Below, piece by piece: positions 38,943 through 49,380 of a stretch of DNA of 64,000 nucleotides. The notes beneath the pieces are model-generated. The model had not been told where the DNA came from. It worked only from the letters and a program-made list of their open reading frames with translations, and did not search any database. The position numbers were made by a program, and so were the translations under genes. The stretch comes from Nitrosomonadales bacterium. Lineage in GTDB: Bacteria; Pseudomonadota; Gammaproteobacteria; Burkholderiales; Gallionellaceae. The stretch's first letter is position 1; each line of letters opens with the position of its first letter. The DNA lies in NCBI GenBank assembly GCA_016214695.1, contig JACRNY010000005.1, positions 80,372 to 144,371 on the forward strand, given 5' to 3'.

Positions 38943-40583
38943 ATGGCTGATACAGACACCAATACCAACCCGTCGCTGGCCCGCATGCTGTTCGGCATGC
39001 CCAGCCAGCAGAAGCTCGGCCTCATCGTGGCCGTGGCCTCCACGGTCGCGCTGCTGACCGGACTGTTCATGTGGGGCCAGACCCCGGATTACCGTGTGCT
39101 CTACGCCAACATGTCCGAACGCGACGGCGGCGCGGTCATCGAGGCGCTGCAGCAGCAGAACGTCCCCTACAAGTTCTCCGAGGGCGGCACGCTCATGGTC
39201 CCCGCCGACAAGGTGCACGAGATGCGCCTGCAGATGGCCGCCAAGGGCCTGCCCAAGGGCGGCGCGGTCGGTTTCGAACTGATGGAGAACCAGAAATTCG
39301 GCACCAGCCAGTTCCTCGAACAGGTGAATTACCAGCGCGCGCTGGAGGGTGAACTGGCGCGCTCGGTCGAGACCATGGCATCGGTATCGAGTGCCCGCGT
39401 GCACCTGGCCATCCCCAAACCTTCGGTGTTCGCCCGCGAACAGCAGAAACCCAGCGCCTCGGTGGTGCTGGCCCTGCACGCCGGACGCACGCTTGAGCCC
39501 GGACAGGTCAGCTCCATCGTGCACCTGATCTCCAGCAGCATCCCCAACATGCCGTCGCAGGCCGTCACCGTGGTCGACCAGACCGGCACCCTGCTGAGTT
39601 CCGCGCGCGACAGCGGTGCCGAACAGCTGATGGATGCGACCCAGCTCAAATACATACGCCAGATCGAGCAGGACTATGTCAAACGCATCGAGGACATCCT
39701 GATCCCCATCACCGGGGTGCAGAACGTGCGCGCGCAAGTCACGGCGAACATCGACTTCTCGCAGACCGAACAGACCGCCGAGTTGTACAAACCCAACCAG
39801 CCGCCCAACCAGGCCGCCGTGCGCAGCCTGCAGACGCTGGAGACGACCAGCGGCACCACTACCACGGGCGGCGTGCCCGGTGCCTTGTCCAACCAGCCGC
39901 CGGTCCCGGCCACTGCGCCCATCACCACACCGGCCGCGACCGCCGCGACGGGCGCAACTGCCGCCCCGAGCAACGCGCACAAGGAACTGACCACCAACTA
40001 CGAAGTGGACCGCACCATCCAGCACACCAAGATGCCGACCGGAAACATCCAGCGCCTGTCCATCGCCGTGGTGGTGAACAACCCGTCCAGCACCGACGCG
40101 GACGGCAAGGTCACTTCGCGCCCCTACACCGATGCCGAAAAGGCGCAGATCACCGCCCTGGTGAAAGAGACCGTCGGCTTCGACGAGAAGCGCGGCGACA
40201 GCCTCAACCTGCTCAACAGCGCCTTCAACAATGAACAGGTCACAATCCCCGAGACGCCGATCTGGAAACAGCCCGACACCATCGCGATGGCCAAGGATGC
40301 CTTCAAGTTCCTGCTCATCGCCGGCGGCATCGGTTTCCTGCTGTTCGGCGTCATCAAACCCGCGTTCAAAACCATTGTCCAACAAAACGAGGCTCAGGAA
40401 GAGGCATGGGCCACGATGCAACACAGCCCGGTAGCGCACCATGCGGGCGGCGCGACCGGACAATATGCCGCGCAGCAGGCGTCCAACTCGTATGAGGACA
40501 ACCTGCAGCTCGCCAAACAACTGGCCAAGGAAGATCCCAAGATCGTCGCCACCGTGGTCAAGGAATGGGTGAACAAAGAATGA
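38943..40583 (+). CDS. fliF: MS-ring protein
   Basis: GFELMENQKFGTSQFLEQVNYQRALEGELARS, ARVHLAIPK and VPGALSNQPP motifs. Confidence 0.96.
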   Translation: MADTDTNTNPSLARMLFGMPSQQKLGLIVAVASTVALLTGLFMWGQTPDYRVLYANMSERDGGAVIEALQQQNVPYKFSEGGTLMVPADKVHEMRLQMAAKGLPKGGAVGFELMENQKFGTSQFLEQVNYQRALEGELARSVETMASVSSARVHLAIPKPSVFAREQQKPSASVVLALHAGRTLEPGQVSSIVHLISSSIPNMPSQAVTVVDQTGTLLSSARDSGAEQLMDATQLKYIRQIEQDYVKRIEDILIPITGVQNVRAQVTANIDFSQTEQTAELYKPNQPPNQAAVRSLQTLETTSGTTTTGGVPGALSNQPPVPATAPITTPAATAATGATAAPSNAHKELTTNYEVDRTIQHTKMPTGNIQRLSIAVVVNNPSSTDADGKVTSRPYTDAEKAQITALVKETVGFDEKRGDSLNLLNSAFNNEQVTIPETPIWKQPDTIAMAKDAFKFLLIAGGIGFLLFGVIKPAFKTIVQQNEAQEEAWATMQHSPVAHHAGGATGQYAAQQASNSYEDNLQLAKQLAKEDPKIVATVVKEWVNKE

Positions 40584-41569
40584 GTGACGAAGGCATAAAC
40601 AAGAGCGCCATCCTGCTCATGACGCTGGGCGCCGACGAGGCCGCCGACGTGATGAAGTATCTGGAGCCGAAGGAAGTGCAGAAGATCAGCGCCGCCATGG
40701 TGGCACTGAAGAACCTGTCACGCGAACAGATCGGCAACGTGTTCGACGAGTTCCACCAGCTCGCCGCCGAAAAGACCACCATCGGCATGGACTCCAGCGA
40801 TTACATCCGCGACATGCTGACCAAGGCGCTGGGCGACGACAAGGCCGCCGGCCTGCTCGACCGCATCCTGCACAACAGCGACACCAGCGGCATCGAAAGC
40901 CTGAAGTGGATGGACCCGGCGTCCGTCGCCGACCTGATCGCCAACGAACACCCGCAGATCATCGCCACCATCATGGTGCACCTGGAGCCGGACCAGGCCG
41001 CCAGCGTGATGGCGCTGATGACGGAGCGCGTGCGCAACGACGTGATGCTGCGCATCGCCACGCTGGACAGCGTGCAACCGACCGCCCTGCAGGAATTGAA
41101 CGACGTGCTGATCAAGCTGCTCTCCGGCAACGCCGTCGGCAAGAAGAGCATACGCGGCGGTATCAAGACCGCGGCCGAGATCCTCAACTACATGGGCAAC
41201 CAGGAAGCGGTGCTGGATTCCGTGCGCACCCACGACGCCGATCTGGCGCAGAAGATGATGGACGAGATGTTCGTGTTCGAGGATCTGCTCGAAGTGGAGG
41301 ACCGCGGCATCCAGCTGGTGCTGCGCGAGGTGCAGTCCGAATCGCTCATCGTCGCGCTCAAGGGCGCCAGCGAGGAACTGCGCGAGAAGATATTCAAGAA
41401 CATGTCGCAACGCGCCGCCGAGATGCTGCGCGAGGATCTGGAAGCCAAGGGCCCGGTCAAACTCAGCGATGTGGAATCCGAACAGAAGGAGATCCTCAAG
41501 ATCGTGCGCCGCCTGGCCGACGAAGGCCAGGTCGTGATCGGCGGCAAGGGAGAGGAAGCGTATGTCTGA
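40580..41569 (+). CDS. fliG: Motor switch protein FliG
   Basis: KSAILLMTLG, EHPQIIA and MFVFEDL motifs. Confidence 0.96.
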   Translation: MSDEGINKSAILLMTLGADEAADVMKYLEPKEVQKISAAMVALKNLSREQIGNVFDEFHQLAAEKTTIGMDSSDYIRDMLTKALGDDKAAGLLDRILHNSDTSGIESLKWMDPASVADLIANEHPQIIATIMVHLEPDQAASVMALMTERVRNDVMLRIATLDSVQPTALQELNDVLIKLLSGNAVGKKSIRGGIKTAAEILNYMGNQEAVLDSVRTHDADLAQKMMDEMFVFEDLLEVEDRGIQLVLREVQSESLIVALKGASEELREKIFKNMSQRAAEMLREDLEAKGPVKLSDVESEQKEILKIVRRLADEGQVVIGGKGEEAYV

Positions 41570-42170
41570 TCTCATCACCGAACCGGAGAAACTCACCGCC
41601 TGGCAACGCTGGGAACTGCCCAACTTCGAGGCCGGCGGCTTGCGTGCGGGCGATGCCGCACTGCCCACCGCTTCGCAGATCGAGGAGATCCAGCGCCTGG
41701 CGCGCGAGGAAGGTTTCCGCAACGGTTATGCCGAAGGACTGCAGAAGGCCGCCCAGGAGAACCAGCGTCTGGCGACCCTGATCGAATCGACGGCGCAACA
41801 GGTAGACACGCAGGTCGCACAGGAACTGCTCGACCTGTCGCTGGACATCGCACGCCAGATGCTGCACCAGGCGCTCAAGGTGAATCCGGAGCTGCTGCTC
41901 GGCGTGGTGCGCGAGGCCATCGGCACGCTGCCGCACTTCAACCAGGGTGCGCACCTGGTGCTGCATCCCGACGATGCCGTGCTGGTGCGCACGCGCATGG
42001 GAGAGCAACTCTCCCACTCGGGCTGGAAGATATTCGAGGATGCCCGCATCGAACGCGGCGGCGCCCGCATCGAGACGGCCAACAGCCAGATCGATGCCTC
42101 GCTGGAGACACGCTGGAAGCGCGTGGTCGCGGCACTGGGGCAGGACGCTTCATGGTTGATAAAAGAATGA
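41562..42170 (+). CDS. fliH: Export protein FliH
   Basis: [20 protein letters not shown] and LHPDD motifs. Confidence 0.92.
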   Translation: MSDLITEPEKLTAWQRWELPNFEAGGLRAGDAALPTASQIEEIQRLAREEGFRNGYAEGLQKAAQENQRLATLIESTAQQVDTQVAQELLDLSLDIARQMLHQALKVNPELLLGVVREAIGTLPHFNQGAHLVLHPDDAVLVRTRMGEQLSHSGWKIFEDARIERGGARIETANSQIDASLETRWKRVVAALGQDASWLIKE

Positions 42171-42181
42171 ATCAATACTTA

Positions 42182-42267
42182 GCCACAGAGAACACAGAGT
42201 TCACAGAGAATGCAGCGAATCTCTCTCGTGCAGCAGTTTTCTCTGTGTGCTCTGTGAACTCTGTGGC
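42182..42267. repeat. CACAGAG-unit palindromic element, copy 2 (fliH-fliI spacer)
   Basis: First 38 nt are identical to the reverse complement of 9657-9743. Confidence 0.85.
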
Positions 42268-42285
42268 AAAAAAGGTTTTTTCAAA

Positions 42286-43686
42286 ATGAACCTCCACCAC
42301 CAGAACTGGCAGAACGTGCTTCACCTGAACCGCGACATGGTCGCGCAGAGCAGCCCCTTGCAGGTGAGTGGTCGGCTGACCAAGGTCACCGGCCTGGTGA
42401 TGGAAGCGGTCGGCCTGCGCATGGCGGTCGGCAGCACCTGCTGGATCGAACTCCCGAACAACCGCATCGAGGCCGAAGTGGTCGGCTTCGCCGGCGACAA
42501 ACTCTTTCTGATGCCGGAGAACGATGTGCAGGGACTGGTGCCCGGCGCACGCGTCATCCCCGCCGAACCGCTGCGCTCCCCCGCCGCCATCGGCCAGCGC
42601 CAGCTACCGCGCCGCCGCACCTCCGATCTGGCGCGCCACCTGCCGGTCGGCGAGCATCTGCTCGGTCGCGTGCTGGACGGCGCCGGCCGCCCGCTCGACC
42701 AGTACGGCGCGCTGCTGGAAAGCACCAGCGCGCCGCTGCAAAGCCGCCCCATCAACCCGCTGGAACGCGCCGCCATCAAGGATGCGCTGGATGTCGGCGT
42801 GCGCTCCATCAACAGCCTGCTCACCGTCGGCCGCGGCCAGCGCATGGGCCTGTTCGCCGGCTCCGGCGTCGGCAAGAGCGTGCTGCTCGGCATGATGGCG
42901 CGCTACACCAGCGCCGACGTGATCGTGGTCGGCCTGATCGGCGAACGCGGCCGCGAAGTGAAGGAATTCATCACCGACATCCTCGGCAAGGAAGGCATGA
43001 AGCGCTCGGTGGTGGTCGCCGCCCCGGCCGACACCAGCCCGCTGATGCGTCTGCAGGGTGCAGCCTACGCCACCACCATCGCCGAATATTTCCGCGACCA
43101 GGGCCGCAACGTGCTGCTGATCATGGATTCGCTCACCCGCTACGCCATGGCGCAACGCGAGATCGCGCTGGCCATCGGCGAGCCGCCCGCGACCAAGGGC
43201 TACCCGCCCTCGGTGTTCGCCAAATTGCCGCAACTGGTGGAGCGCGCCGGCAACGGCGCCGAAGGCGGCGGCTCCATCACCGCTTTCTACACCGTGCTGA
43301 CCGAGGGCGACGACCAGCAGGACCCGATCGCCGATTCCGCGCGCGCCATCCTCGACGGCCACATCGTGCTGTCGCGCCGCCTCGCCGAACAGGGCCACTA
43401 CCCGGCCATCGACATCGAGGCCTCGATCAGCCGCGCCATGAACCATCTGGTCAGCCCGCAGCATTTCCAGCAGGTGCAGCGCTTCAAGCACCTGTACGCG
43501 CACTACCAGCGCAACCACGACCTGATCAGCGTGGGCGCCTATGTGCAGGGCAGCGACCCTTTGCTGGACAGGGCTATCGCGCTGTACCCGCACATGGAAC
43601 ATTTCCTGAAACAGGGCATGTACGAATCGGAGGCATATACTTCCAGCATGGGAAAGTTCTCCGAACTGTTCCCGAACGAGAGTTGA
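42286..43686 (+). CDS. fliI: Flagellar export ATPase
   Basis: Walker [19 protein letters not shown] and [10 protein letters not shown] motifs. Confidence 0.97.
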   Translation: MNLHHQNWQNVLHLNRDMVAQSSPLQVSGRLTKVTGLVMEAVGLRMAVGSTCWIELPNNRIEAEVVGFAGDKLFLMPENDVQGLVPGARVIPAEPLRSPAAIGQRQLPRRRTSDLARHLPVGEHLLGRVLDGAGRPLDQYGALLESTSAPLQSRPINPLERAAIKDALDVGVRSINSLLTVGRGQRMGLFAGSGVGKSVLLGMMARYTSADVIVVGLIGERGREVKEFITDILGKEGMKRSVVVAAPADTSPLMRLQGAAYATTIAEYFRDQGRNVLLIMDSLTRYAMAQREIALAIGEPPATKGYPPSVFAKLPQLVERAGNGAEGGGSITAFYTVLTEGDDQQDPIADSARAILDGHIVLSRRLAEQGHYPAIDIEASISRAMNHLVSPQHFQQVQRFKHLYAHYQRNHDLISVGAYVQGSDPLLDRAIALYPHMEHFLKQGMYESEAYTSSMGKFSELFPNES

Positions 43687-43695
43687 TGAACGAAC

Positions 43696-44157
43696 ATGAT
43701 CAAGCCATTCTCACTGCAACCCCTGGTCCACCTGGCGCAACAGAAGAACGATGCCGCCGCGAAGAAGCTCGGCCAGCTCAACCAGCAGCAGCAAAGCGCG
43801 CAGGCCAAGCTGGATGCCCTGCTGCAGTACCGCAAGGACTATCAGGCGCAGTTCCAGGAAGCCGCCCGCAACGGCATGCCCCCCGCCGAGATGAAGAACT
43901 TCCAGGACTTCATCGAGCGTCTCGACCAGGCCGTCAAGCAGCAGACCGCTGCCATCGAAAGAGCCAAGGCCGGCGTGCAGACCGGGCGCAATGAACTGAT
44001 GGATACCACGCGCAAGATGAGATCGTTCGACACGCTGGAACAACGCCATATCGAGGCAGAGAAGAAGCTGGAAGCGAAATCCGAACAGCGCACGCAGGAC
44101 GAACTCACCGGCCGTTTCGCCGCCCATCGCGCGGCGGAAAAAGACGCCGAGCAATGA
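43696..44157 (+). CDS. fliJ: Export chaperone FliJ
   Basis: Coiled coil following fliI; FQDFIERLDQA and EQRTQDE motifs. Confidence 0.9.
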   Translation: MIKPFSLQPLVHLAQQKNDAAAKKLGQLNQQQQSAQAKLDALLQYRKDYQAQFQEAARNGMPPAEMKNFQDFIERLDQAVKQQTAAIERAKAGVQTGRNELMDTTRKMRSFDTLEQRHIEAEKKLEAKSEQRTQDELTGRFAAHRAAEKDAEQ

Positions 44158-45311
44158 TCACAGGAGAGAACACCATGACCAACCTGCCCATCACCGCCAG
44201 CACGCCGCAGACCTCCGCCCCCGGCAAGAAACCGTCCGGCAGCGCCGAGACCGCCGATGCCCAGAACAGCCAGCCCTTCGGCGCAGTGCTGGCCCGCCAG
44301 ATCGGCACACCGGCACTGAAAGGGGCGAAAGCAGACGACCGCCTCGCCGTCGAACTGGCCGCACAGACCGTTGCCGAGGCGACCGATGTCAGGAAAGAAG
44401 ACAAGACTGCGGCAGAAGCCGCCTTCGATTTGCGCGCCGCCCCGCCGACCGATCTGCCGAGCGAAATGCTGGCTGCGCTGATGCCGCAAGCCTTGAATAC
44501 GGCTGTCACCACTTCCGCGCCTGCGGGCACCAGGACTGACGGCCCGGCAAGCGCCCCGGCCGACGTCAGCGGCATCCCGCCCCGCAAACCGGATCTTGCC
44601 GCCGGCATCCAGACTGCAGCCACAGCGCAAACCGCGCCGCCCGCAGTCGCCGAACCCCAGGGAGGGGAGCGGGCGGCCTTCGCCGCCGCGCTGGTGCAGG
44701 CGGGCACCGCGGCAAGCCAGGAAACGGGGGCAGTCCTGCGCGAAGCGGGCATCGCCGCGGCCGCAACCAGCGCAGCGGCGGTCTCTGCCGCCGCACAGCA
44801 AGCGAACACAGCCGTGCCGGCCGCGGTGCAAAGCGCCGTCGCCAGCATCGTCGCACCGGCGCTGCAAACCTCCCAGTTGACGGTCAGCACACCGGTCAAC
44901 CAGGCTCGCTGGGGCGACGAGTTCAGCCAGAAGATCACCTGGCTGGCCTCCGGCAAAGTCGATCAGAGCGCCGAGCTGCACCTGAATCCGCCCCAGCTGG
45001 GTCCGCTGGACGTCGTGCTCAAGGTCAGCGGCGACCAGGCCACCGCGCTGTTCACCTCGCCGCATGCGGCCGTGCGCGACGCGATCGAACAGGCTTTGCC
45101 CAGGCTGCGCGACATGCTGGCCGACAACGGCATCACACTGGGTAACACCACGGTCAGCGACCAGGCACCGCGCGAGCAGGGCAAACCCGACGCGCAACGC
45201 AGCCCCGGCAGCGCCGATAACGACCAGCGTGACACTGCGGCGACTGGCGGCACTGCAACCCGGGTATCCCCAATCTCGCGCCATAACGGTATAGTGGACA
45301 CATTCGCCTGA
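44154..45311 (+). CDS. fliK: Hook-length control protein
   Basis: Ala/Pro-rich N-terminus; AELHLNPPQLGPLDV and LPRLRDMLADNG motifs. Confidence 0.92.
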   Translation: MITGENTMTNLPITASTPQTSAPGKKPSGSAETADAQNSQPFGAVLARQIGTPALKGAKADDRLAVELAAQTVAEATDVRKEDKTAAEAAFDLRAAPPTDLPSEMLAALMPQALNTAVTTSAPAGTRTDGPASAPADVSGIPPRKPDLAAGIQTAATAQTAPPAVAEPQGGERAAFAAALVQAGTAASQETGAVLREAGIAAAATSAAAVSAAAQQANTAVPAAVQSAVASIVAPALQTSQLTVSTPVNQARWGDEFSQKITWLASGKVDQSAELHLNPPQLGPLDVVLKVSGDQATALFTSPHAAVRDAIEQALPRLRDMLADNGITLGNTTVSDQAPREQGKPDAQRSPGSADNDQRDTAATGGTATRVSPISRHNGIVDTFA

Positions 45312-45317
45312 CTGGGG

Positions 45318-45377
45318 AATTGGGGTCGGATTACGCGCTTATTCCCCCGATACCCGGCGATGGGGACGCACGATAAT
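45318..45377 (+). promoter_or_regulatory. Candidate FlhDC-type class II promoter of fliL
   Basis: aattggggtcgg...gcgcttattccc followed by GATAAT at 45372. Confidence 0.5.
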
Positions 45378-45403
45378 CCAACCTGACAAAAGGAATCTCT
45401 CAA

Positions 45404-46054
45404 ATGGCAACAAAACCGACCAAACCCGCCGCACCCGCCGCCAAGGAAGAATCTCCGGCTGCAGCTGCGCCCAAAAGCAAGAAGATGCTGATCATCATCA
45501 TCGTCCTGCTGCTGTTGATCGTCGGCGGAGGTGCGGCCTGGTTCTTCACCAAGGGGAAAGCGCCGGAAGGCGAGCATGCCGAAGAACACAAGGAAGAAGT
45601 GGTGCTCGAGGCCAAGTTCGTGCCGCTGGGGGAGAACTTCACCGTCAACCTGCAACGCGAGGAAGGCGACCAGTATCTGCAGGCCGGCATCACGCTGAAG
45701 ATCCTGCAGCCGGAACTGGAAGAGAAGATCAAGGCCACCATGCCCGAGATCCGCAGCAAGCTGCTGTTCCTGCTCTCCGGCAAATATCCTTCCGAACTGC
45801 AGACCGCTGAAGGCAAGAAGAAACTGATCGCCGAGATCATCGCAGAAACCGATGCCGTGCTCGGCCTGGCTCCGGCACCTGCCGCGGCCGCACATGCCGC
45901 ACCTGTTGCAACCGCCGCCCATGATGCACATAACGCAGGGCATGAAGCAGCCGCTTCCGCCGCTGCCTCCGCACCGGCAGCGACCGCTCCAGCGCCCGCA
46001 CCGAAAACCAAGGGCGTGGTGGACGTATTGTTCACCTCATTCATCATCCAGTGA
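45404..46054 (+). CDS. fliL: FliL with an Ala/Pro/His-rich C-terminal insertion
   Basis: N-terminal TM segment, FTVNL, MPEIRSKLL and terminal VVDVLFTSFIIQ. Confidence 0.9.
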   Translation: MATKPTKPAAPAAKEESPAAAAPKSKKMLIIIIVLLLLIVGGGAAWFFTKGKAPEGEHAEEHKEEVVLEAKFVPLGENFTVNLQREEGDQYLQAGITLKILQPELEEKIKATMPEIRSKLLFLLSGKYPSELQTAEGKKKLIAEIIAETDAVLGLAPAPAAAAHAAPVATAAHDAHNAGHEAAASAAASAPAATAPAPAPKTKGVVDVLFTSFIIQ

Positions 46055-46069
46055 CCATGAGCTGATGCC

Positions 46070-47074
46070 ATGAGCAATGAATTCCTCTCCCAGGACGAAG
46101 TCGACTCGCTGCTGCGGGGCGTCACCGGCGAAGCCGAAGAAAGCAAATCGGATGCGCCGGAGGGGGGAGTGCGTCCCTACAACATGGCGACGCAGGAACG
46201 CATCGTGCGCGGGCGCATGCCCACGATGGAGATCATCAACGAGCGCTTCGCGCGCCAGTTCCGCATCGCGCTGTACAACTTCATCCACCGCTCCTCCGAG
46301 GTCTCGGTAGGCCCGGTGAAGGTGATGAAGTTCTCCGAATTCATCCGCAACCTGCCCGTTCCCGCCAACCTGAACCTGGTGCAGGTCAAGCCGCTGCGCG
46401 GCAACGCCCTGTTCATCTTCGACCCCAACCTGGTGTTCATGGTGGTCGACAGCCTGTTCGGCGGCGACGGACGTTTCCACACCCGCGTGGAAGGCCGCGA
46501 ATTCACCCAGACCGAGCACCGCATCATCCAGAAACTGCTGGACGTGGTGTTCCAGGCCTACGGCAAATCCTGGGAGACGGTGCAGAAACTCGATTTCGAG
46601 TTCCAGCGCTCCGAAGTGAACCCGCAGTTCGCCAACATCGCCACGCCGAACGAGGTGGTGGTGGTGACCACCTTCGAGGTGGAGTTCACCGGCGTCGGCG
46701 GCTCCATCCACATCTGCATGCCTTACGCGATGATCGAACCGATCCGCGAACTGCTCTACAGCACCATGCAGGGCGACCATGTCATCGCCGACAAGCGCTG
46801 GCTGCACATGCTGTCCAAACAGATCCAGTCGGCCGAGATCGAGCTCACCGCCGTGCTCGGACATGCCCAGACCAACCTGGAACATGTGTTGCGGATGCGT
46901 GTCGGCGACGTCATCCCGCTGGAGGTGGAAGACAACATCCAGGTACTGGTCGACGGCGTGCCGGTGATGGAATGCAAATACGGCGTATCGAACAGTCAAT
47001 ACGCACTGAAAGTGGAAAAGATGCTGGCTACCGAGGCCGGCGAGCCGCTAATGGGAGGAAAGAATCATGGCTGA
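46070..47074 (+). CDS. fliM: Motor switch protein FliM
   Basis: LSQDEVDSLL CheY-binding motif and RGRMPTMEIINERFAR. Confidence 0.96.
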   Translation: MSNEFLSQDEVDSLLRGVTGEAEESKSDAPEGGVRPYNMATQERIVRGRMPTMEIINERFARQFRIALYNFIHRSSEVSVGPVKVMKFSEFIRNLPVPANLNLVQVKPLRGNALFIFDPNLVFMVVDSLFGGDGRFHTRVEGREFTQTEHRIIQKLLDVVFQAYGKSWETVQKLDFEFQRSEVNPQFANIATPNEVVVVTTFEVEFTGVGGSIHICMPYAMIEPIRELLYSTMQGDHVIADKRWLHMLSKQIQSAEIELTAVLGHAQTNLEHVLRMRVGDVIPLEVEDNIQVLVDGVPVMECKYGVSNSQYALKVEKMLATEAGEPLMGGKNHG

Positions 47075-47468
47075 AGAGACCAAAGAACAGATCAGCGCGG
47101 ACGATTGGGGCGCTGCCATGGCGGAGCAGGCCTCTGCCGAACCCACACCCGCGGCACAACCGCACGTATTCGAGCAGTTCGGCGGCGCCGGCGGCGCGAC
47201 CGCGCACAACGACCTCGACATGATCCTCGACATCCCGGTGCAACTCACCGTGGAGCTCGGCCATACCAAGATGCCGATCAAGAACCTGCTGCAACTGGCA
47301 CAGGGCTCGGTGGTGGAACTGGCCGGCATGGCGGGCGAACCGCTGGACGTGCTGATCAACGGCTTCCTCATCGCGCAGGGCGAAGTGGTGGTGGTGAACG
47401 ACAAGCTGGGCATCCGCCTCACCGACATCATCACCCCGTCGGAACGCCTGCGTCGCATCAACAAGTAG
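47067..47468 (+). CDS. fliN: Motor switch protein FliN
   Basis: ILDIPVQLTVELG and AQGEVVVVNDKLGIR motifs. Confidence 0.96.
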   Translation: MAEETKEQISADDWGAAMAEQASAEPTPAAQPHVFEQFGGAGGATAHNDLDMILDIPVQLTVELGHTKMPIKNLLQLAQGSVVELAGMAGEPLDVLINGFLIAQGEVVVVNDKLGIRLTDIITPSERLRRINK

Positions 47469-47502
47469 GAAAACCACTGCGCTCGGCATGGCGTTGTTGC
47501 TC

Positions 47503-47610
47503 AATGGCTCAGGATGCTCATTTATTCAAGTAAACTCCGCTCCTTCACCATCTCGCGCCTAACCTTGCCTTCGCACGCTACGTTTTCCGCGATCATTATC
47601 TGGAGCCATT
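47503..47610. mobile_element. MITE-like element between fliN and fliO
   Basis: Terminal inverted repeat aatggctc/gagccatt; 108 bp; non-coding; internal short stem. Confidence 0.5.
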
Positions 47611-47614
47611 TGAA

Positions 47615-48052
47615 ATGTTGAAACGCCTTACCTTAGTCTCGGCGCTACTCTTCTCCCCGTTCGCCCTCGCTGCAGATGCAACACGCCCGGCCTACACCCC
47701 GCCCGCTCCGGCACTCACCTCGGGCAGCATCCTGCAAGTGATCTTCAGCCTGCTGCTGGTGCTGGCCGCCGTGGTGGTCGTGGCCTGGGTGCTCAAGCGC
47801 ATCAACCAGCCGCTGCAAGGCGCGGGCAATGCGCTCAAGATCGTCAGCGGCGTCGCAGTCGGTCAGCGCGAGCGCATCGTGCTGGTCGAGGTGAACGACA
47901 CCTGGCTGGTGGTGGGCGTTGCCCCCGGACAGGTGAATGCGCTGCACAGCATGCCGAAAGGCCAACTGCCTTCGACCCCGCGTGCGCCGAACGGCGACGA
48001 CAACAAATTCCAGGGCTGGCTGAAGCAGATGATGGAGAAGCGCAATGCGTGA
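47615..48052 (+). CDS. fliO: Export protein FliO
   Basis: TM segment followed by [21 protein letters not shown]. Confidence 0.9.
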   Translation: MLKRLTLVSALLFSPFALAADATRPAYTPPAPALTSGSILQVIFSLLLVLAAVVVVAWVLKRINQPLQGAGNALKIVSGVAVGQRERIVLVEVNDTWLVVGVAPGQVNALHSMPKGQLPSTPRAPNGDDNKFQGWLKQMMEKRNA

Positions 48053-48950
48053 TGCTGCAACAAAAATGTTTCGCGCCCACCTCCCCCTTTGGCAAAGGGG
48101 GATTGAGGGGGATTTTGCGAACGGCGTCACCTCAACAGGCTGCAAATCCCCCCTGCCCCCCTTTTGCAAGGGGGGGTGGTTAAGCCGGTTTTCATCCGTG
48201 TCTATCCGTGTTCATCCGTTGCTGATGATTCTGGCCTTGTTCGCTTTCGCTGCACCAGCACAAGCCGCCGAGACCGGCATGCTCGCGCTCACCAGCACCC
48301 CTGCCCCCGGCGGCGGCCAGACCTATACGCTGAGCCTGCAGACGCTGATCCTGATCTCGTCGCTCACCTTCATCCCCGCCATCCTGCTGATGATGACCAG
48401 CTTCACCCGCATCATCATCGTGCTCGGCCTGCTGCGTTCGGCCATCGGCACACCGTCCTCGCCGCCGACCCAGGTGCTGGTCGGCCTGTCGCTGTTCCTC
48501 ACCTTCTTTGTGATGTCGCCGGTGCTCGACAAGATGTATACCGAAGCCTACGTGCCCTTCAGCCAGAACAAGATCACGCTGGAACAGGCATATGAAAAAG
48601 GCAGCGCACCGCTCAAGGCTTTCATGCTGCGGCAGACACGCGAGGCCGACCTCGCCCTGTTCGTGCGCATCTCGGACAGCCCGCAACTGGAAAGCGCGGA
48701 GGATGTGCCGCTCAAGATACTGGTGCCCGCCTATGTGACCAGTGAGCTGAAGACCGCCTTCCAGATCGGCTTCGTGGTGTTCATCCCCTTCCTCATCATC
48801 GACATGGTGGTGGCCAGCGTGCTGATGTCGATGGGTATGATGATGCTGTCGCCCGCCGTCATCTCGCTGCCGTTCAAGATCATGCTGTTCGTGCTGGCCG
48901 ACGGCTGGAATCTGCTGATCGGCTCGCTCGTGCAGAGCTTCTACACGTAA
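48045..48950 (+). CDS. fliP: Export gate FliP with an extended N-terminus (alternative start ATG 48225)
   Basis: [22 protein letters not shown] and [14 protein letters not shown] motifs; the ATG overlaps the fliO stop. Confidence 0.93.
   Translation: MRDAATKMFRAHLPLWQRGIEGDFANGVTSTGCKSPLPPFCKGGWLSRFSSVSIRVHPLLMILALFAFAAPAQAAETGMLALTSTPAPGGGQTYTLSLQTLILISSLTFIPAILLMMTSFTRIIIVLGLLRSAIGTPSSPPTQVLVGLSLFLTFFVMSPVLDKMYTEAYVPFSQNKITLEQAYEKGSAPLKAFMLRQTREADLALFVRISDSPQLESAEDVPLKILVPAYVTSELKTAFQIGFVVFIPFLIIDMVVASVLMSMGMMMLSPAVISLPFKIMLFVLADGWNLLIGSLVQSFYT
48077..48220. repeat. Double-hairpin CCCCCTTT..AAAGGGGG element plus ATCCGTGT tandem units inside the fliP 5' region
   Basis: 48077-48179 is bounded by ccacc/ggtgg, with two inner hairpins and a gggggattt/aaatccccc stem; 48190-48220 holds three atccgt units. 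Confidence 0.8.
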
Positions 48951-48960
48951 GGAAAGCATC

Positions 48961-49230
48961 ATGACGCCAGAATCGGTAATGACCATCGGACAACAGGCGC
49001 TGGAGCTGACGCTCATGGTGTCGGCGCCGCCGCTGCTCACCGCCCTCATCATCGGCCTGGTCGTCAGCATCTTCCAGGCCGCGACACAACTCAACGAAAT
49101 GACGCTGTCGTTCATCCCCAAGCTGATCGGCATATTCGTGGTGCTCATCATCACCGGCCCGTGGATGATCGGCATCCTGCTGGACTACATGATCCGGTTA
49201 TTCAGCAGCATCCCTTACATGGTGGGCTGA
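48961..49230 (+). CDS. fliQ: Export gate FliQ
   Basis: FQAATQLNEMTLSFIPK motif. Confidence 0.96.
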   Translation: MTPESVMTIGQQALELTLMVSAPPLLTALIIGLVVSIFQAATQLNEMTLSFIPKLIGIFVVLIITGPWMIGILLDYMIRLFSSIPYMVG

Positions 49231-49234
49231 TTTG

Positions 49235-49380
49235 GGTCACCTTTAGAAAATCCATTTTTCTGGATGAAACACTAGGAGCCGCGCAGCGAATGACGAGACA
49301 TACCAAATGGGTAGGCGAGGAATGAGCGAGCACGCGACAACGTGGTTCGCCAGAACAATGGATTTAATAAAGGTGTTACC
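49235..49380. mobile_element. ~146-bp MITE-like element between fliQ and fliR
   Basis: Imperfect ~35-bp TIRs: ggtcacctttagaaaatccatttttctgg versus reverse complement ggtaacacctttattaaatccattgttctgg. Confidence 0.7.
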
